This document shows, in pieces, positions 49,157 to 59,856 of a stretch of 64,000 nt of DNA. Source of the stretch: Candidatus Latescibacterota bacterium (GTDB taxonomy: Bacteria > Latescibacterota > UBA2968 > GCA-2709665); assembly GCA_965222075.1 (NCBI GenBank), contig OZ244937.1, positions 864,001 through 928,000 of the forward strand, read 5' to 3'. Both the position numbers and the translations under genes were made by a program. The notes beneath the pieces were generated by a model. That model had not been told where the DNA came from, did not search any database, and saw only the letters and a program-made list of their open reading frames with translations. Numbering within the stretch: the stretch's first letter is position 1; every line of letters begins with the position of its first letter.

Positions 49157-51589
49157 GTGAATCCAACGGTCCATCGGGTCGGGGCGGCCACTGTGTTGTT
49201 GATTTCGTTCGGGGGGTTTCTCAAGACGGTTGCTCCGACGGTTTCGTTCTGGGACTGCGGGGAGTTCATCGCCTGTTCCTACACCCTGGGGGTGCCGCAC
49301 CCGCCGGGGGCGCCGCTCTACCTGCTGTTGGGGCGGCTTTTTACGTTTCTGCCCTTTGGAGAAGACCCGGCGTTTCCCATGAATTTGATGTCGGTGATCA
49401 CCAGCGCTTTGGCAGCGATGTTCGTCTATCTGATTACGGTTCGGCTGATTCTGCTGACGCGGGAGGGAGACGCAGAGGGAGAGGGCCTGTGGCGGGACCT
49501 GCCGGTGGTTGTGGGCGGGATGACGGCCGCGCTGATGCTGGCCTTTTCGGATACGTTCTGGTTTAACGCGGTGGAGACGGAGGTCTACGGATTTTCGATT
49601 ATGCTGATGACGATGGCGGTGTGGCTGGGGATGCGCTGGATGGTCCGTCCGGGGCAGCCGGGCAGCCGCCGGTTGCTGTTTTTTGTCGCCTATCTGATGG
49701 GGCTGGCCGGTGGGATCCATCTGCTTTGCTTGCTGACGGTGCCGACGCTCCTGATTCTGATCTGGTTTGAAGACCGCGATCTGCTGAAGGATCCCAAAAT
49801 CTGGGCGATTGCCCCGATGCTCGTGGTGCTGGGGTATTCGACCTATGCGGCCCTCTACATCCGGTCCGGACTGAATCCGATGATCGATGAGAACAACCCG
49901 GAGAACTGGACGAATTTGATGGGCTTTCTCAAGCGGGAGCAGTACGGGGCGGAGAGCATGGTTTTGGGGATTTTTAACCGGAAGGCGCCGTTCTGGGACT
50001 ACCAGCTTGGGTCCATGTATTTGAAATATTTTTTCGACCAGTTCCCGGTTCCGGGCTTTCGGTTTGTATCGGAGGCGTTCCGGAAGGCGACCGGACCGGA
50101 GGTGCTGCCGGTCCGGGTCTCGGTGCTTCCTTATCTTCTGGGTTTTGGGGGGATGGCGATCCACCTGCTTCGGGATTCCAGGCGGTTCCTGGCGCTGTTT
50201 GCGCTGTTTCTGCTGACGGGGGTGGGACTTGTGGTCTATCTCAATATGCCCGATCCCCAGCCCAGGGAGCGGGACTACGTGTTTGTGGGGTCGTTCGCCG
50301 TGTTTGCGATCTGGATCGGGATGGCCGGAGAAACTACCGTGCGGTGGCTGCGGCAATGGAGGTTGAGCGCCCTGTCGGTGCTGGCTTCGGCCGCGCTGTT
50401 GCTGATGCCGGCCGGGATGGCGGGAGGCCTTTACAAGACCCACGACCGGACCGGAAACCATATCGCCTACGACTATGCATACAACATTTTGGCGTCGTGC
50501 GAACCGGAGGGGATTCTATTTACAAACGGGGACAACGACACCTTTCCCCTCTGGTTTTTGCAGGAGGTGATGGGCCTGCGGAAGGACGTGCGGGTGGTCA
50601 ACCTGAGCCTGCTGAATACAGGCTGGTACATCAAGCAGCTCCGGGATCTGCATCCCGGGGTGCTTATTCAGTATACCGATGCGTATATCGATGGGGTGTT
50701 GACACGGCACACCAGGGCAGCGCTGATGCGGGCGGGCCGTTTCTGGCCCCGGGACCGCGAGGTCACCGCAGCGGGGATGACCTGGACGGTTCCGGCCTTT
50801 CCCTGGCGGGTGCTCCGGATTCAGGATGTGATGGTTTTGAAGATTATCGATTGGAATGCCTGGGGACGGCCGATCTATTTTGCAACAACCGTTCCGGATG
50901 AAAACCTGCTGGGGTTGGAGGGGCACCTGGAGATGGAGGGGATGGTCTTCCGCCTGGTCAGGGAGAAGGCCAGACCGATCCACCCGGAACGGGCCCGGCG
51001 CAACCTCTTTGAGGTCTACCGCTACCGGGGGGTGACCGACCCGGCGGTCCACCGGGGCGAAACCGCGCTGAATTTGATGGTGAACTACCAGGCGGCGTTT
51101 TTGCATTTGGCCGAGGCGCGCCGCCTGGAGGGACAGGTGGAGGAGGCGCACAGGGTGCTGAAGTGGTGTGAGGATTTCGCGGTTGCGCCGGAGTCGTGGA
51201 CGGGATACCTGCTGCTGGCGGGGGGGATGCACCAGCTTGGGCGGGCGGATGAATTTCGGAGATTGCTGGACCGGGCCTTAGCCACAGAGGCGGCCGATGA
51301 GACGGCAAAGCAGGGGGCCGTGGCAGAGATGCTGATGGGGTTCAAACGGTTCGAGGAAGCAGTTGCGCTTTATACGGATATGGTCGACCGGGGGATGAAC
51401 GTTCCTCTGGCGCTGTTTAACCGGGCGGTCGCCAGGCAGAGGCTGGGGCAGCTGGAGGGGGCATTGGAGGATTTGCAGATGCTGGCAAGGCTGACGCCGC
51501 ACGATGGTGACGTGGCCAGGGCCATCCGGATGATCCGGGGTGAACTGGAGCAGAAGCGACAGCAGGATGTCGGAGGGGAACAGGAGTAG
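49157..51589 (+). CDS. DUF2723 membrane glycosyltransferase (TMEM260-like) with C-terminal TPR
   Basis: PTVSFWDCGEFIA...LGVPHPPG, WFNAVE.EVY, PRERDY, FTNGDNDTFPLW. Confidence 0.9.
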   Translation: MNPTVHRVGAATVLLISFGGFLKTVAPTVSFWDCGEFIACSYTLGVPHPPGAPLYLLLGRLFTFLPFGEDPAFPMNLMSVITSALAAMFVYLITVRLILLTREGDAEGEGLWRDLPVVVGGMTAALMLAFSDTFWFNAVETEVYGFSIMLMTMAVWLGMRWMVRPGQPGSRRLLFFVAYLMGLAGGIHLLCLLTVPTLLILIWFEDRDLLKDPKIWAIAPMLVVLGYSTYAALYIRSGLNPMIDENNPENWTNLMGFLKREQYGAESMVLGIFNRKAPFWDYQLGSMYLKYFFDQFPVPGFRFVSEAFRKATGPEVLPVRVSVLPYLLGFGGMAIHLLRDSRRFLALFALFLLTGVGLVVYLNMPDPQPRERDYVFVGSFAVFAIWIGMAGETTVRWLRQWRLSALSVLASAALLLMPAGMAGGLYKTHDRTGNHIAYDYAYNILASCEPEGILFTNGDNDTFPLWFLQEVMGLRKDVRVVNLSLLNTGWYIKQLRDLHPGVLIQYTDAYIDGVLTRHTRAALMRAGRFWPRDREVTAAGMTWTVPAFPWRVLRIQDVMVLKIIDWNAWGRPIYFATTVPDENLLGLEGHLEMEGMVFRLVREKARPIHPERARRNLFEVYRYRGVTDPAVHRGETALNLMVNYQAAFLHLAEARRLEGQVEEAHRVLKWCEDFAVAPESWTGYLLLAGGMHQLGRADEFRRLLDRALATEAADETAKQGAVAEMLMGFKRFEEAVALYTDMVDRGMNVPLALFNRAVARQRLGQLEGALEDLQMLARLTPHDGDVARAIRMIRGELEQKRQQDVGGEQE

Positions 51590-51594
51590 AGGGG

Positions 51595-52692
51595 ATGGAA
51601 GAAGGCCCGATGGTGTCCATCATTGTTGCGCACTATTTGGACGATATCCTCTCCGGGTGTCTTCGAGCCATTTACGAGCGCACACAGGGGGTTTCCTTTG
51701 AAGTGATTGTGGCGGACGACCAGCCCTATGACGATGGGAGCCTGGGGCGCGCCCTGCAGAGGTTCCCGGATATCCGGGTGGTGAAGACGGGCGGTGGGAA
51801 CGGCACGCCCACCAGGGGGATGGCGGCAGGCTACAACCGGGGGTTGGAGGTCGCCCGCGGGCGGTATGCGATGCTGATGAACAACGATGTGGAGGTGTCC
51901 ACCGGATGGCTTGAGGCCCTGGTGGCGGCAGCAGAGGCGGATGAGGGGATCGGCGCCTGTCAGCCGAAGGTGCTTTCCGCCCGCGAACCGAAGCGGTTCG
52001 ACGATGGTGGCGCGGCGGGGGGGATGATGGATGTGCTGGGATATCCTTTTTGTCTGGGACGGGTTTTCGATACGGTGGAAGAGGATGAGGGGCAGTACGA
52101 TTCCTCACGGGATCTTTTCTGGGCGCTGGGCGGGGCGGTCTTCATCCGGATGTCCTGTCTGGAAAAGACGGGACGGATGGACGAGGCCTTTTACATGCAT
52201 ATGGAAGAGATCGATCTGTGCTGGCGGCTGCACCTGGCCGGGTTCCGGGTTGTCTCGGTGCCCCGGTCGGTCGTTTACCATTACGGGGGATGGTCGCTTG
52301 GAACGGAGCGATTTGTGCGGGTGTATTTGAAGCAGCGAAACAATCTGGTGATGGTCCTGAAAAACTGGTCGGCCGGGCGGTTGCTCTGGATTTTTCCCCT
52401 GCGGGTGTGTCTGGAGTTGTGCACCCTGCTGGCGATTTTCAAAGGGGATTGGAAGCATCCCGCAGCGGCACTGGGGGGGCTGCTGTGGGTGTTCACCCAT
52501 CCGCTGAATATCCTGCGCAGACGGCGAGAGGCACAGCGTTTCCGGACCGTTTCGGACGGGGAGGTTGCCGCGAAGATGTACAGGGGATCGGTGGTCTTTC
52601 AATATTTCGTGAAGGGGGTTCGGTCGGCTGTAAAACTGCTGGGCGATTCTTCCATAGAGGGAAACGATGGACCGGGTAAGGCTGGGAAATGA
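51595..52692 (+). CDS. GT2 glycosyltransferase
   Basis: VSIIV, EVIVADD, MNND, FYMHMEEIDLCWR. Confidence 0.92.
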   Translation: MEEGPMVSIIVAHYLDDILSGCLRAIYERTQGVSFEVIVADDQPYDDGSLGRALQRFPDIRVVKTGGGNGTPTRGMAAGYNRGLEVARGRYAMLMNNDVEVSTGWLEALVAAAEADEGIGACQPKVLSAREPKRFDDGGAAGGMMDVLGYPFCLGRVFDTVEEDEGQYDSSRDLFWALGGAVFIRMSCLEKTGRMDEAFYMHMEEIDLCWRLHLAGFRVVSVPRSVVYHYGGWSLGTERFVRVYLKQRNNLVMVLKNWSAGRLLWIFPLRVCLELCTLLAIFKGDWKHPAAALGGLLWVFTHPLNILRRRREAQRFRTVSDGEVAAKMYRGSVVFQYFVKGVRSAVKLLGDSSIEGNDGPGKAGK

Positions 52693-53821
52693 GGCGCTCT
52701 TCCAGGATCGGTTGGACCTTGTGCAGGGAAAACGGGTGGGGTTGATTACGAATCCGTCCGGGGTCGATTCTTCCCTGGTGCTCACGGCGGACCGCCTTGG
52801 AGAAGCGGACGGGGTTGTGCTGGCGGCCCTGTTCGGACCGGAGCACGGGGTGGGGGGAGAGATGCCCGCTGGGGCGGAGGTGTCCTCCTTTCCGGAGCGG
52901 GAGACGCCGGTATACAGCTTGTATGGGGACACCCGGCGGCCGACGGAAGCGATGCTTGCCCCCCTGGATGTGGTGCTCTTCGACCTTCAGGATGTGGGCG
53001 CCCGGTTCTACACGTTTATCTCCACTTTGGGCTATGCCCTGGAGGCCTGCGCAGCGGGAGGGGTGCCCTGTGTTGTTCTGGACCGCCCGAATCCGATTGG
53101 GGGAGAGGCGCTGGAGGGCAACCTTCCGGACCCGGCGTTCCGGTCTTTTGTGGGGGCTTATCCGATTCTGCTGCGCCACGGGATGACGGTGGGAGAGTTG
53201 GCCCGGTTTTTGAACGGAGAATTCAATCTGGGCGCAGACCTGAGCGTGGTTCCGATGGCGGGCTGGCAACGGTGCATGGGGTTTTCGGAGACCGGCCTTT
53301 TCTGGGTGCCTCCATCGCCCAATATGCCCACACCGGAGACGGCCTGGGTCTATCCGGGGACATGTCTGGTGGAGGCAACCAATGTGTCGGAGGGCCGGGG
53401 GACTGCCAGGCCCTTCGAGCAGGTGGGGGCGCCCTTTATCGCGTCTCCAGGGTTGGCTGCTGCGTTGAACGGCCGGGGGTTGCCCGGTGTGAGGTTCCGG
53501 GCAACCACGTTTGTTCCGGTTGCCGGCAAGTATCGGGGTGAACGCTGCGGCGGGGTTCAGCTCCACCTCACGGATTCGAAGCGTTTTCAGGCCGTGCGAA
53601 CGGGACTGGAGGTGATTGCCACGATCCGGACGCTTTATCCACACGGTTTTGCGTGGCGTACGCCGCCCAGCAGGCGGGTCTACCCTTTTGACCGCCTGAT
53701 GGGTACGGATGCCGTGCGCAAGGCGATAGAGGGGGGGACGTCTGTGGGGGAGATTGTGGATGGGTGGGAAGAGGAGATCGAGGGGTTTGGGGAGAGGCGT
53801 CGGGCGTATTTGCTTTATTAA
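52667..53821 (+). CDS. namZ: DUF1343 exo-beta-N-acetylmuramidase (NamZ family)
   Basis: GLITNPSG, FGPEHG, DLQDVGARFYT, LDRPNP, HGMTVGELA, PSPN, SEGRGT. Confidence 0.9.
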   Translation: MDRVRLGNEALFQDRLDLVQGKRVGLITNPSGVDSSLVLTADRLGEADGVVLAALFGPEHGVGGEMPAGAEVSSFPERETPVYSLYGDTRRPTEAMLAPLDVVLFDLQDVGARFYTFISTLGYALEACAAGGVPCVVLDRPNPIGGEALEGNLPDPAFRSFVGAYPILLRHGMTVGELARFLNGEFNLGADLSVVPMAGWQRCMGFSETGLFWVPPSPNMPTPETAWVYPGTCLVEATNVSEGRGTARPFEQVGAPFIASPGLAAALNGRGLPGVRFRATTFVPVAGKYRGERCGGVQLHLTDSKRFQAVRTGLEVIATIRTLYPHGFAWRTPPSRRVYPFDRLMGTDAVRKAIEGGTSVGEIVDGWEEEIEGFGERRRAYLLY

Positions 53822-53825
53822 TCAG

Positions 53826-55052
53826 GTGCTACAGGCGGTTGTTTTGGCGCAAACGGTTCGAAAGATTATCGGGCTGATGTCGGGTACGTCGGCCGACGGG
53901 GTCGATGCGGCCCTGGTGGAGGTGCGCGGGACGGGCACCGATACGGAGGTGGGGTTGCTGGGGTTCGTTTTTACGCCCTACCCGGCCGGTCTGAGGCAGG
54001 AGATTCTGGATCTGTGCGATCCGGATAAGGGACGTGTGGACCGGATATGCCGGATGCATGGTGTGATGGGAGAGTGGTTTGCACGGGGAGCTTTGGCAGT
54101 GTGCCGGGAGGCTGGCGTGTCGGTATCGGAGGTGGATCTGATCGGGTCCCACGGGCAGACGGTACACCACCTCCCCGACCCGGCCGATGCGTTTGGGGTG
54201 CGGGTGCGCGCAACGTTGCAGATCGGAGATCCATCGGTGATTGCGGAGCGGACCGGTGTGACCACCGTGGCCGATTTCCGCACCCGGGATATGGCTGCGG
54301 GGGGGCAGGGGGCCCCGCTGGTGCCGCTGGTCGATTACCTCCTGTTCCGGTCCGATGGGGTAGGGCGGGCGATGCTGAACATCGGGGGGATTGCCAATGT
54401 GACGCTGCTGCCGGCCGGCTGCGGACCGGATGAGGTGCTTGCGTTTGACACCGGCCCGGGAAATATGCTTGTCGACGCTCTGGTCGGCGTTTTTACCAAC
54501 GGCGCCCGGTCGTACGACGCGGATGGGGCGCTGGCGGCGTCCGGACAGGTTTCCGAGGCGCTGCTGGAACAGTTGATGCAGCATCCCTTTCTGGCAATGC
54601 CTCCGCCGAAATCGACTGGCCGCGAGGCATTCGGCAGGACCCTGGTTGACGAGATTCTGGCGTGGAAGGATCGCCTCTCGGGGCCGGATTTGATTCGAAC
54701 GGCAACCGCGTTTACTGCAAGGAGTGTTGGGGAGGCCCTGGGGCGGTTCGTTTTTCCGCTCAGCCGGGTTGAGGAGGTGGTTGTCAGCGGGGGGGGAGCG
54801 GAGAATGCCGTGTTGATGGCGATGCTGGAAGAGGTTTTGGGTGGGAGAAAGGTGGTCCGGATTGAGACACTGGGTGTGCCTGCTGAGGCGAAGGAGGCGG
54901 TCGCTTTCGCGGTTTTGGCCAATGAGACGCTGGCCGGGCATCCGGGCAACCTGCCCCAGGTGACGGGCGCTTCGCGCCCTGCGGTGCTGGGGGTGGTCGC
55001 TCCGGGGGGCCGGTGCAGGATTTCGGTTGATTCGGAGGGCCGGTTTAGGTAA
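53826..55052 (+). CDS. anmK: anhydro-N-acetylmuramic acid kinase
   Basis: IGLMSGTSADGVD, GSHGQT, GGQGAPL, NIGGIAN, FDTGPGN, KSTGRE; exact start uncertain. Confidence 0.95.
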   Translation: MLQAVVLAQTVRKIIGLMSGTSADGVDAALVEVRGTGTDTEVGLLGFVFTPYPAGLRQEILDLCDPDKGRVDRICRMHGVMGEWFARGALAVCREAGVSVSEVDLIGSHGQTVHHLPDPADAFGVRVRATLQIGDPSVIAERTGVTTVADFRTRDMAAGGQGAPLVPLVDYLLFRSDGVGRAMLNIGGIANVTLLPAGCGPDEVLAFDTGPGNMLVDALVGVFTNGARSYDADGALAASGQVSEALLEQLMQHPFLAMPPPKSTGREAFGRTLVDEILAWKDRLSGPDLIRTATAFTARSVGEALGRFVFPLSRVEEVVVSGGGAENAVLMAMLEEVLGGRKVVRIETLGVPAEAKEAVAFAVLANETLAGHPGNLPQVTGASRPAVLGVVAPGGRCRISVDSEGRFR

Positions 55053-55056
55053 TTTT
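55000..55056 (+). repeat. anmK 3' end/promoter module, repeated at about 57531-57588 and 58846-58892
   Basis: CGGTGCAGGATTT(C/G)GGTTGATTCGGAGGGCCG(G/A)TTT..GTAA in three copies; contains TTGATT-17-TAnnTT. Confidence 0.85.
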
Positions 55057-55094
55057 CATGCATACTGTATAATTTGCAAGATACGGGGAGAACC

Positions 55095-56642
55095 GTGACC
55101 AGGCGCAGGTTGCCCATCGGCATTCAGACCTTCCGCAAGATTCGGGAGCAGAACTACTACTATGTGGACAAGACGGCCTATATCCGGGGGCTGCTCGACG
55201 AGGGTACGCACTATTTCCTGTCGCGGCCGCGTCGTTTTGGCAAGAGCCTGTTTCTGGACACGCTGAAGGAACTGTTTGAGGGGAACGAGCCGCTGTTTGA
55301 GGGGTTGGACATCCACAACCGCTGGGATTGGCGAGTACGCTATCCCGTCCTGCGCCTCAGTTTCGGCAGCGGCAACTTTAGCGAGCCGGGGATTTTGCAC
55401 AAGGAAGTGATGGCGCAACTGGACGCCATTGAGGAAGAAACGGGCGTGCAAAGCCGTTACGACACCGCGTCGGCACGCTTTCGCCATGTCATACAGATGC
55501 TGCACCGCCAGGCGGGACAGCGCGTGGCCGTTCTTGTTGATGAATACGACAAACCGATCCTGGACACGCTGGAAGTGCCGGAGCTCGCCCGCGCCAACCG
55601 CGACTTTTTGCGCGGCCTGTACGCCACCATCAAGGACTGCGACGCGCACGTCCGCTTCACCTTCCTCACCGGCGTCAGCAAATTCTCCAGGGTTCACCTG
55701 TTCTCCGGCCTCAACAACCTCACCGACATCACCATCGACCCGCGTTATTCCGCCATCTGCGGCTACACCGAGGCGGACCTCGACACGGTGTTCGCGCCGG
55801 AACTGCCGGGCCTGGACCGAGACAAGATTCGCGACTGGTACAACGGTTATTGCTGGCTTGGCGACGAGAAGGTGTACAACCCTTTCGACATTCTCCTGCT
55901 GTTCGACAAGCGCACCTTTGGCATCTATTGGTTCGAGACAGGCACGCCCACGTTCCTCATCGAAACACTGTTCAAACGCCACGTCAGTTCCCTCGAACTC
56001 GATGACATGATCGGCAGCGACGAGTTGTTGTCCGCCTTCGATGTCGATGCCATAGAGACGGAGGCACTCTTGTTCCAGACCGGCTACCTCACGATAACGG
56101 GGGAAGAGAGCCTGGGCGGCGAGTCTCTCTATCGCCTGAGCTATCCCAATCGGGAGGTGCGCCAGAGCCTCAACCGAAGCCTGTTGCGCTATCTGGTGAA
56201 AGACTCGACGCGCCAGATGGCGAACAGCGTGCGCCTGTACCGCCTGCTGGAAGCCAATGACTTCGCCGGCCTCGAGACATTATTCCACGCCTTCTTCGCC
56301 AGCATACCCTACGAGTGGTACACCAACAACGACATCGCCAATTTTGAGGGCTACTATGCCAGCGTGTTCTACTCCTATTTTGCGGGACTGGGGCTTGACA
56401 TCACTGTGGAGGACAGCAGCAGCCATGGTCGCCTGGACATGGCCGTTCATTTCAACAGCAACGTCTATCTGTTCGAGTTCAAGGTGGTCGAGATGGCGTC
56501 TGAGGGCGGAGCGATGGCGCAATTGAAGGAAAAGCGGTACGCGGACAAATATCGCGGCCTGAACCAGCCGATTTACCTGATTGCCGTGGAGTTCAGCAAG
56601 GCCACCCGCAACCTGACAGCCTTCGAGGTCGCGCGCGCCTGA
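55095..56642 (+). CDS. AAA-ATPase-like + PD-(D/E)XK (DUF1703-type) protein
   Basis: LPIGIQTF, YYVDKT, SRPRRFGKSL, DEYDKP, WYNGY, GRLD...FEFK...QL....Y. Confidence 0.92.
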   Translation: MTRRRLPIGIQTFRKIREQNYYYVDKTAYIRGLLDEGTHYFLSRPRRFGKSLFLDTLKELFEGNEPLFEGLDIHNRWDWRVRYPVLRLSFGSGNFSEPGILHKEVMAQLDAIEEETGVQSRYDTASARFRHVIQMLHRQAGQRVAVLVDEYDKPILDTLEVPELARANRDFLRGLYATIKDCDAHVRFTFLTGVSKFSRVHLFSGLNNLTDITIDPRYSAICGYTEADLDTVFAPELPGLDRDKIRDWYNGYCWLGDEKVYNPFDILLLFDKRTFGIYWFETGTPTFLIETLFKRHVSSLELDDMIGSDELLSAFDVDAIETEALLFQTGYLTITGEESLGGESLYRLSYPNREVRQSLNRSLLRYLVKDSTRQMANSVRLYRLLEANDFAGLETLFHAFFASIPYEWYTNNDIANFEGYYASVFYSYFAGLGLDITVEDSSSHGRLDMAVHFNSNVYLFEFKVVEMASEGGAMAQLKEKRYADKYRGLNQPIYLIAVEFSKATRNLTAFEVARA

Positions 56643-56811
56643 GTGAAGGGGGCTCTATCAGATCGTCTCGCCCGGTGGCCTCTTTTCCGGTTTCAAAGAC
56701 GCACAAGTCTGGGCACACATTGCAAAGCTACGCAAAGACGACAATGACCGTGCGGGTCGAAGAAGCGCAATTTAAGCGATAAGCACCACACGTATTTCCG
56801 GGAGAATTGCC

Positions 56812-57333
56812 ATGGAACACTCTGACGGAAACTCCGGGAGCGGGCAATCAGCCACCAGGCCGCGGCGCTCGTGGCGGCATTACTGGAAGACGCCGGTCTG
56901 CTTCGGCTTCGGATTCTGTATCCTGCAAATTCTGGTCGCGATTGTACGCTTCGGCACGATGGATTCCGGGAATCCAACGAACTTGCTGTTTGCGATTCCA
57001 AGCATAGTGTCGGGCCTGATCCTGTTCTTTCTGGCCGGGTTGCTGGTCGGGTTGCTGGCGCAATACCTCTTGAAGGGCGTTGTCGGACCCTGGCGCACAT
57101 GGATACTGGTCGGGTTTGCGGTGGCCACTCCGTTTGCCGTCCTGTTCAGTCTTGTCGGAGGATTGCTCGGCCCCCATATGGTGGTCATCGGCGCTCTTGT
57201 ACCCTATCTGCTCCTGGCCGGAATCCCGTTGTTGATCCGCAGATGCCTGCGGCGTTTCCACAGCCCGCCGACCCGGGAGAAGGACCCGACGGCGGGATGT
57301 GATGGAGATGGCGAGGCTGCACGGCCGGTGTGA
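56812..57333 (+). CDS. hypothetical membrane protein (about 4 TM)
   Basis: GGAG RBS, four hydrophobic segments. Confidence 0.7.
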   Translation: MEHSDGNSGSGQSATRPRRSWRHYWKTPVCFGFGFCILQILVAIVRFGTMDSGNPTNLLFAIPSIVSGLILFFLAGLLVGLLAQYLLKGVVGPWRTWILVGFAVATPFAVLFSLVGGLLGPHMVVIGALVPYLLLAGIPLLIRRCLRRFHSPPTREKDPTAGCDGDGEAARPV

Positions 57334-57474
57334 GGCGACGGCCGTGGGAGCGCCCGGCGGCCTGATCAGGAAGGGTTACCCGACTCCTGGGGCGTTGAAA
57401 TGCATTGCCTGCATTGGGAGCATTGGGAGCATTGGGTCGGGAAGAACTACCTGCCTCCTGGGGCGTTGAAACGG

Positions 57475-57501
57475 GTAGGGGCGATCCTTGTGGTCGCCCC
57501 T
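57475..57501 (+). repeat. GTAG-type REP hairpin; copies at 58795-58821 and 59866-59892, looser relative at 17803-17828
   Basis: GTAGGGGCGATCCTTGTGGTCGCCCCT stem-loop. Confidence 0.75.
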
Positions 57502-57653
57502 TTGGCCTTTGTGGACTTCGCGCGGGGGGCCGCTCCGGGAGGTCGGTGCAGGATTTGGGTTGATTCGGAGGGCCGGTTTTCGTAAATTATATAGTATACA
57601 GCTGGTGTCGGCCTCGTGGATACGATGGTCATTCCCAAACAAGGGGGTTCGCT

Positions 57654-58699
57654 ATGTTTGGCAGTATTCGCAGTGTGTTTGTGTTGGTGCTTGCCGGAGG
57701 TGTGACGTGGAGCTGCAGCGGCGAACGTGTGATGACGCCACAGGTAACGGATGCAGGCCTGCCTGTCGGGCAGACAGGCGAACAGATTGGAGGGCCGCTG
57801 AGTAAACCGGCTGTAAGCAGGGACTTGACGCAGGCTGTGGTGGTGGTGACGGTGCAGCAAGATCAGGCGCCTGTAAGTGGTGCAACCGTGGCGCTCTCGC
57901 GTTCTGTTTCGGGACGGGCAGCGGATTATCGGTGGTCGGGCACAACCGATGAGAATGGTCAGGCGAAGGTGTATATTTGGGCGGATGATGTGAGTGGTTA
58001 TTATCAGGCGCGCGCCTTGCAGGATGGGAGCCCGCTGGGGATGTGGTCGAGTATTCCGATTAATGGTGGATATGAGTCGATGGTTGATTTGCCCGTTGGC
58101 GGGAAGGCACGCGTGACGGGTTCGTCCATTCTGGTATTAGAAAGTATCGTGGGATCCTGGGGGTACGTGGGAACGGATATAGGTCAAACGGTAAGTAAGA
58201 AACTGGAGAATGCTCTGGTCGATTTACTAGACATTTTTTCGAGTTTGCTTGGCCTGGATCTGGATCCAGCGGCTGTCGCCATGATCGTCCAGGAGTTCAC
58301 GAGCGAGATGGAGACCAGCATCAGCGATACCCTGTCATCCATCCGGCGCTTTAACGCTGACGGCTCTTTTGAAGACGACGACGGCAATACGGGGGCTGGT
58401 ATTAGAAAGTATCGTGGGATCCTGGGGGTACGTGGGAACGGATATAGGTCAAACGTTAAGTAAGGTGCTGGTTCGTGAGTGGCAACCTCCTGACGATGGT
58501 AGACGCAGACGGGTTTACCATTGAGGGCACGTATTTCGTGGACGGCGACAACTTGACGCTCTTCTTCACCAGGGACCAGTACTTTCAGATCATCGGACAG
58601 GAGGTTGAGGACGTGGACGAGGAGGCCCAGGTCAAGGCGTTCTTAGATGCCATTATCGAGGAGGGAGACACGATCCGGTTCTTCTTTGGAGCCGGATAG
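57654..58699 (+). pseudogene. lipoprotein paralogue 1, disrupted near the 3' end
   Basis: lipobox VTWSC; 69-nt internal duplication (58131-58199 copied at 58396-58464) breaks the frame. Confidence 0.8.
57758..57778. repeat. 21-nt in-frame hairpin CCTGCCTGTCGGGCAGACAGG
   Basis: same terminal arms as the other units; encodes part of GLPVGQTG. Confidence 0.7.
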
Positions 58700-58945
58700 C
58701 GGTCCGATGTGGGGCAATCCTCCTGGGAGCGCGGGCGCCTGCCCGCGTGTTGGGAGTCAGGAAGGATTATCCGCCTCCTGGGGTATTGAAACGGATAGGG
58801 GCGATCCTTGTGATCGCCCCTTTAATTTGCCGACGAGTATCCCTGGCCGGTGCAGGATTTGGGTTGATTCGGAGGGCCGATTTTCGTAACTTTCATACAG
58901 CTGGTGTCGGCTCGCTGGTAGTTTCCAAGATTAAGGAGGTTCGCT

Positions 58946-59856
58946 ATGTTTAGCAGTATTCGCAGTGTGTTTGTGTTACTGCTTGCGGGAGGCGTGACGT
59001 GGAGCTGCAGCGGCGAACGTGTGACGACGCCACAGGTAACGGGCATGCAGGCCCGCCTGTCCAGGGGGCGCTGAGTAAGCCGGCTGTAAGCAGGGACTTG
59101 ACGCAGGCTGTGGTGGTGGCTGAGGTGCAGCAAGGTCAAAGTGGTGTAACCGTGGCGTTCTCGCGTTCTGTTTCAGGACGGGCAGCGGATTATCGGTGGT
59201 CGGGCACAACCGATGAGAATGGTCAGGCGAAGGTGTATATTTGGGCGGATGATGTGAGTGGTTATTATCAGGCGCGCGCCTGGCAGGACGGGAGCCTGCT
59301 GGGTTCGTGGTCGAGTATTCCGATTAACGGTGGAAATGAATTGATGGTTGATTTGCCCGTTGGTGGAAAGGCACGCGTGACGGGTTCGTCCATTCTGGTA
59401 TTAGAAAGTATCGTCGGATCCTGGGGGTACCTGGGAACGGATATGGTTCAAGTGGTCAGTAAGAACCTGGAGAATGCTCTGGTGGGCCAGGGCGTGGATC
59501 CAGCGGCTGCTGTTGTTATCATCCAGGAGTTCACAAGCGATATGGAGGCCAGCATCAGCGGTAATTGGACATCAATCCGGCACTTTAGCGCTGACGGCTC
59601 TTATGAAGACGAAGACACTACGGGGAACTGGTCCGTGAGCGGCAACCGCCTGACGATGGTGGACGCAGACGGGTTTACCGTTGAGAGCGCGTATTTCGTG
59701 GACGGCGACAACTTGACGCTCTTCTTCACCAGGGACCAACTCCTGGGGATCATCGGTCAGTTGGTTGGTGAGGGCTGGGACGCGGAGTCCCAGGAGTTAT
59801 TCGATGTCATGATTCAGGAGGGAGATACGATCCGGTTCTTCTTTGGAGCCGGATAG
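58946..59856 (+). pseudogene. lipoprotein paralogue 2, frameshifted near the 5' end
   Basis: AGGAGG + ATG 58946 and the same signal peptide; indels at about 59040-59065 shift into the 58999..59856 frame. Confidence 0.8.
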
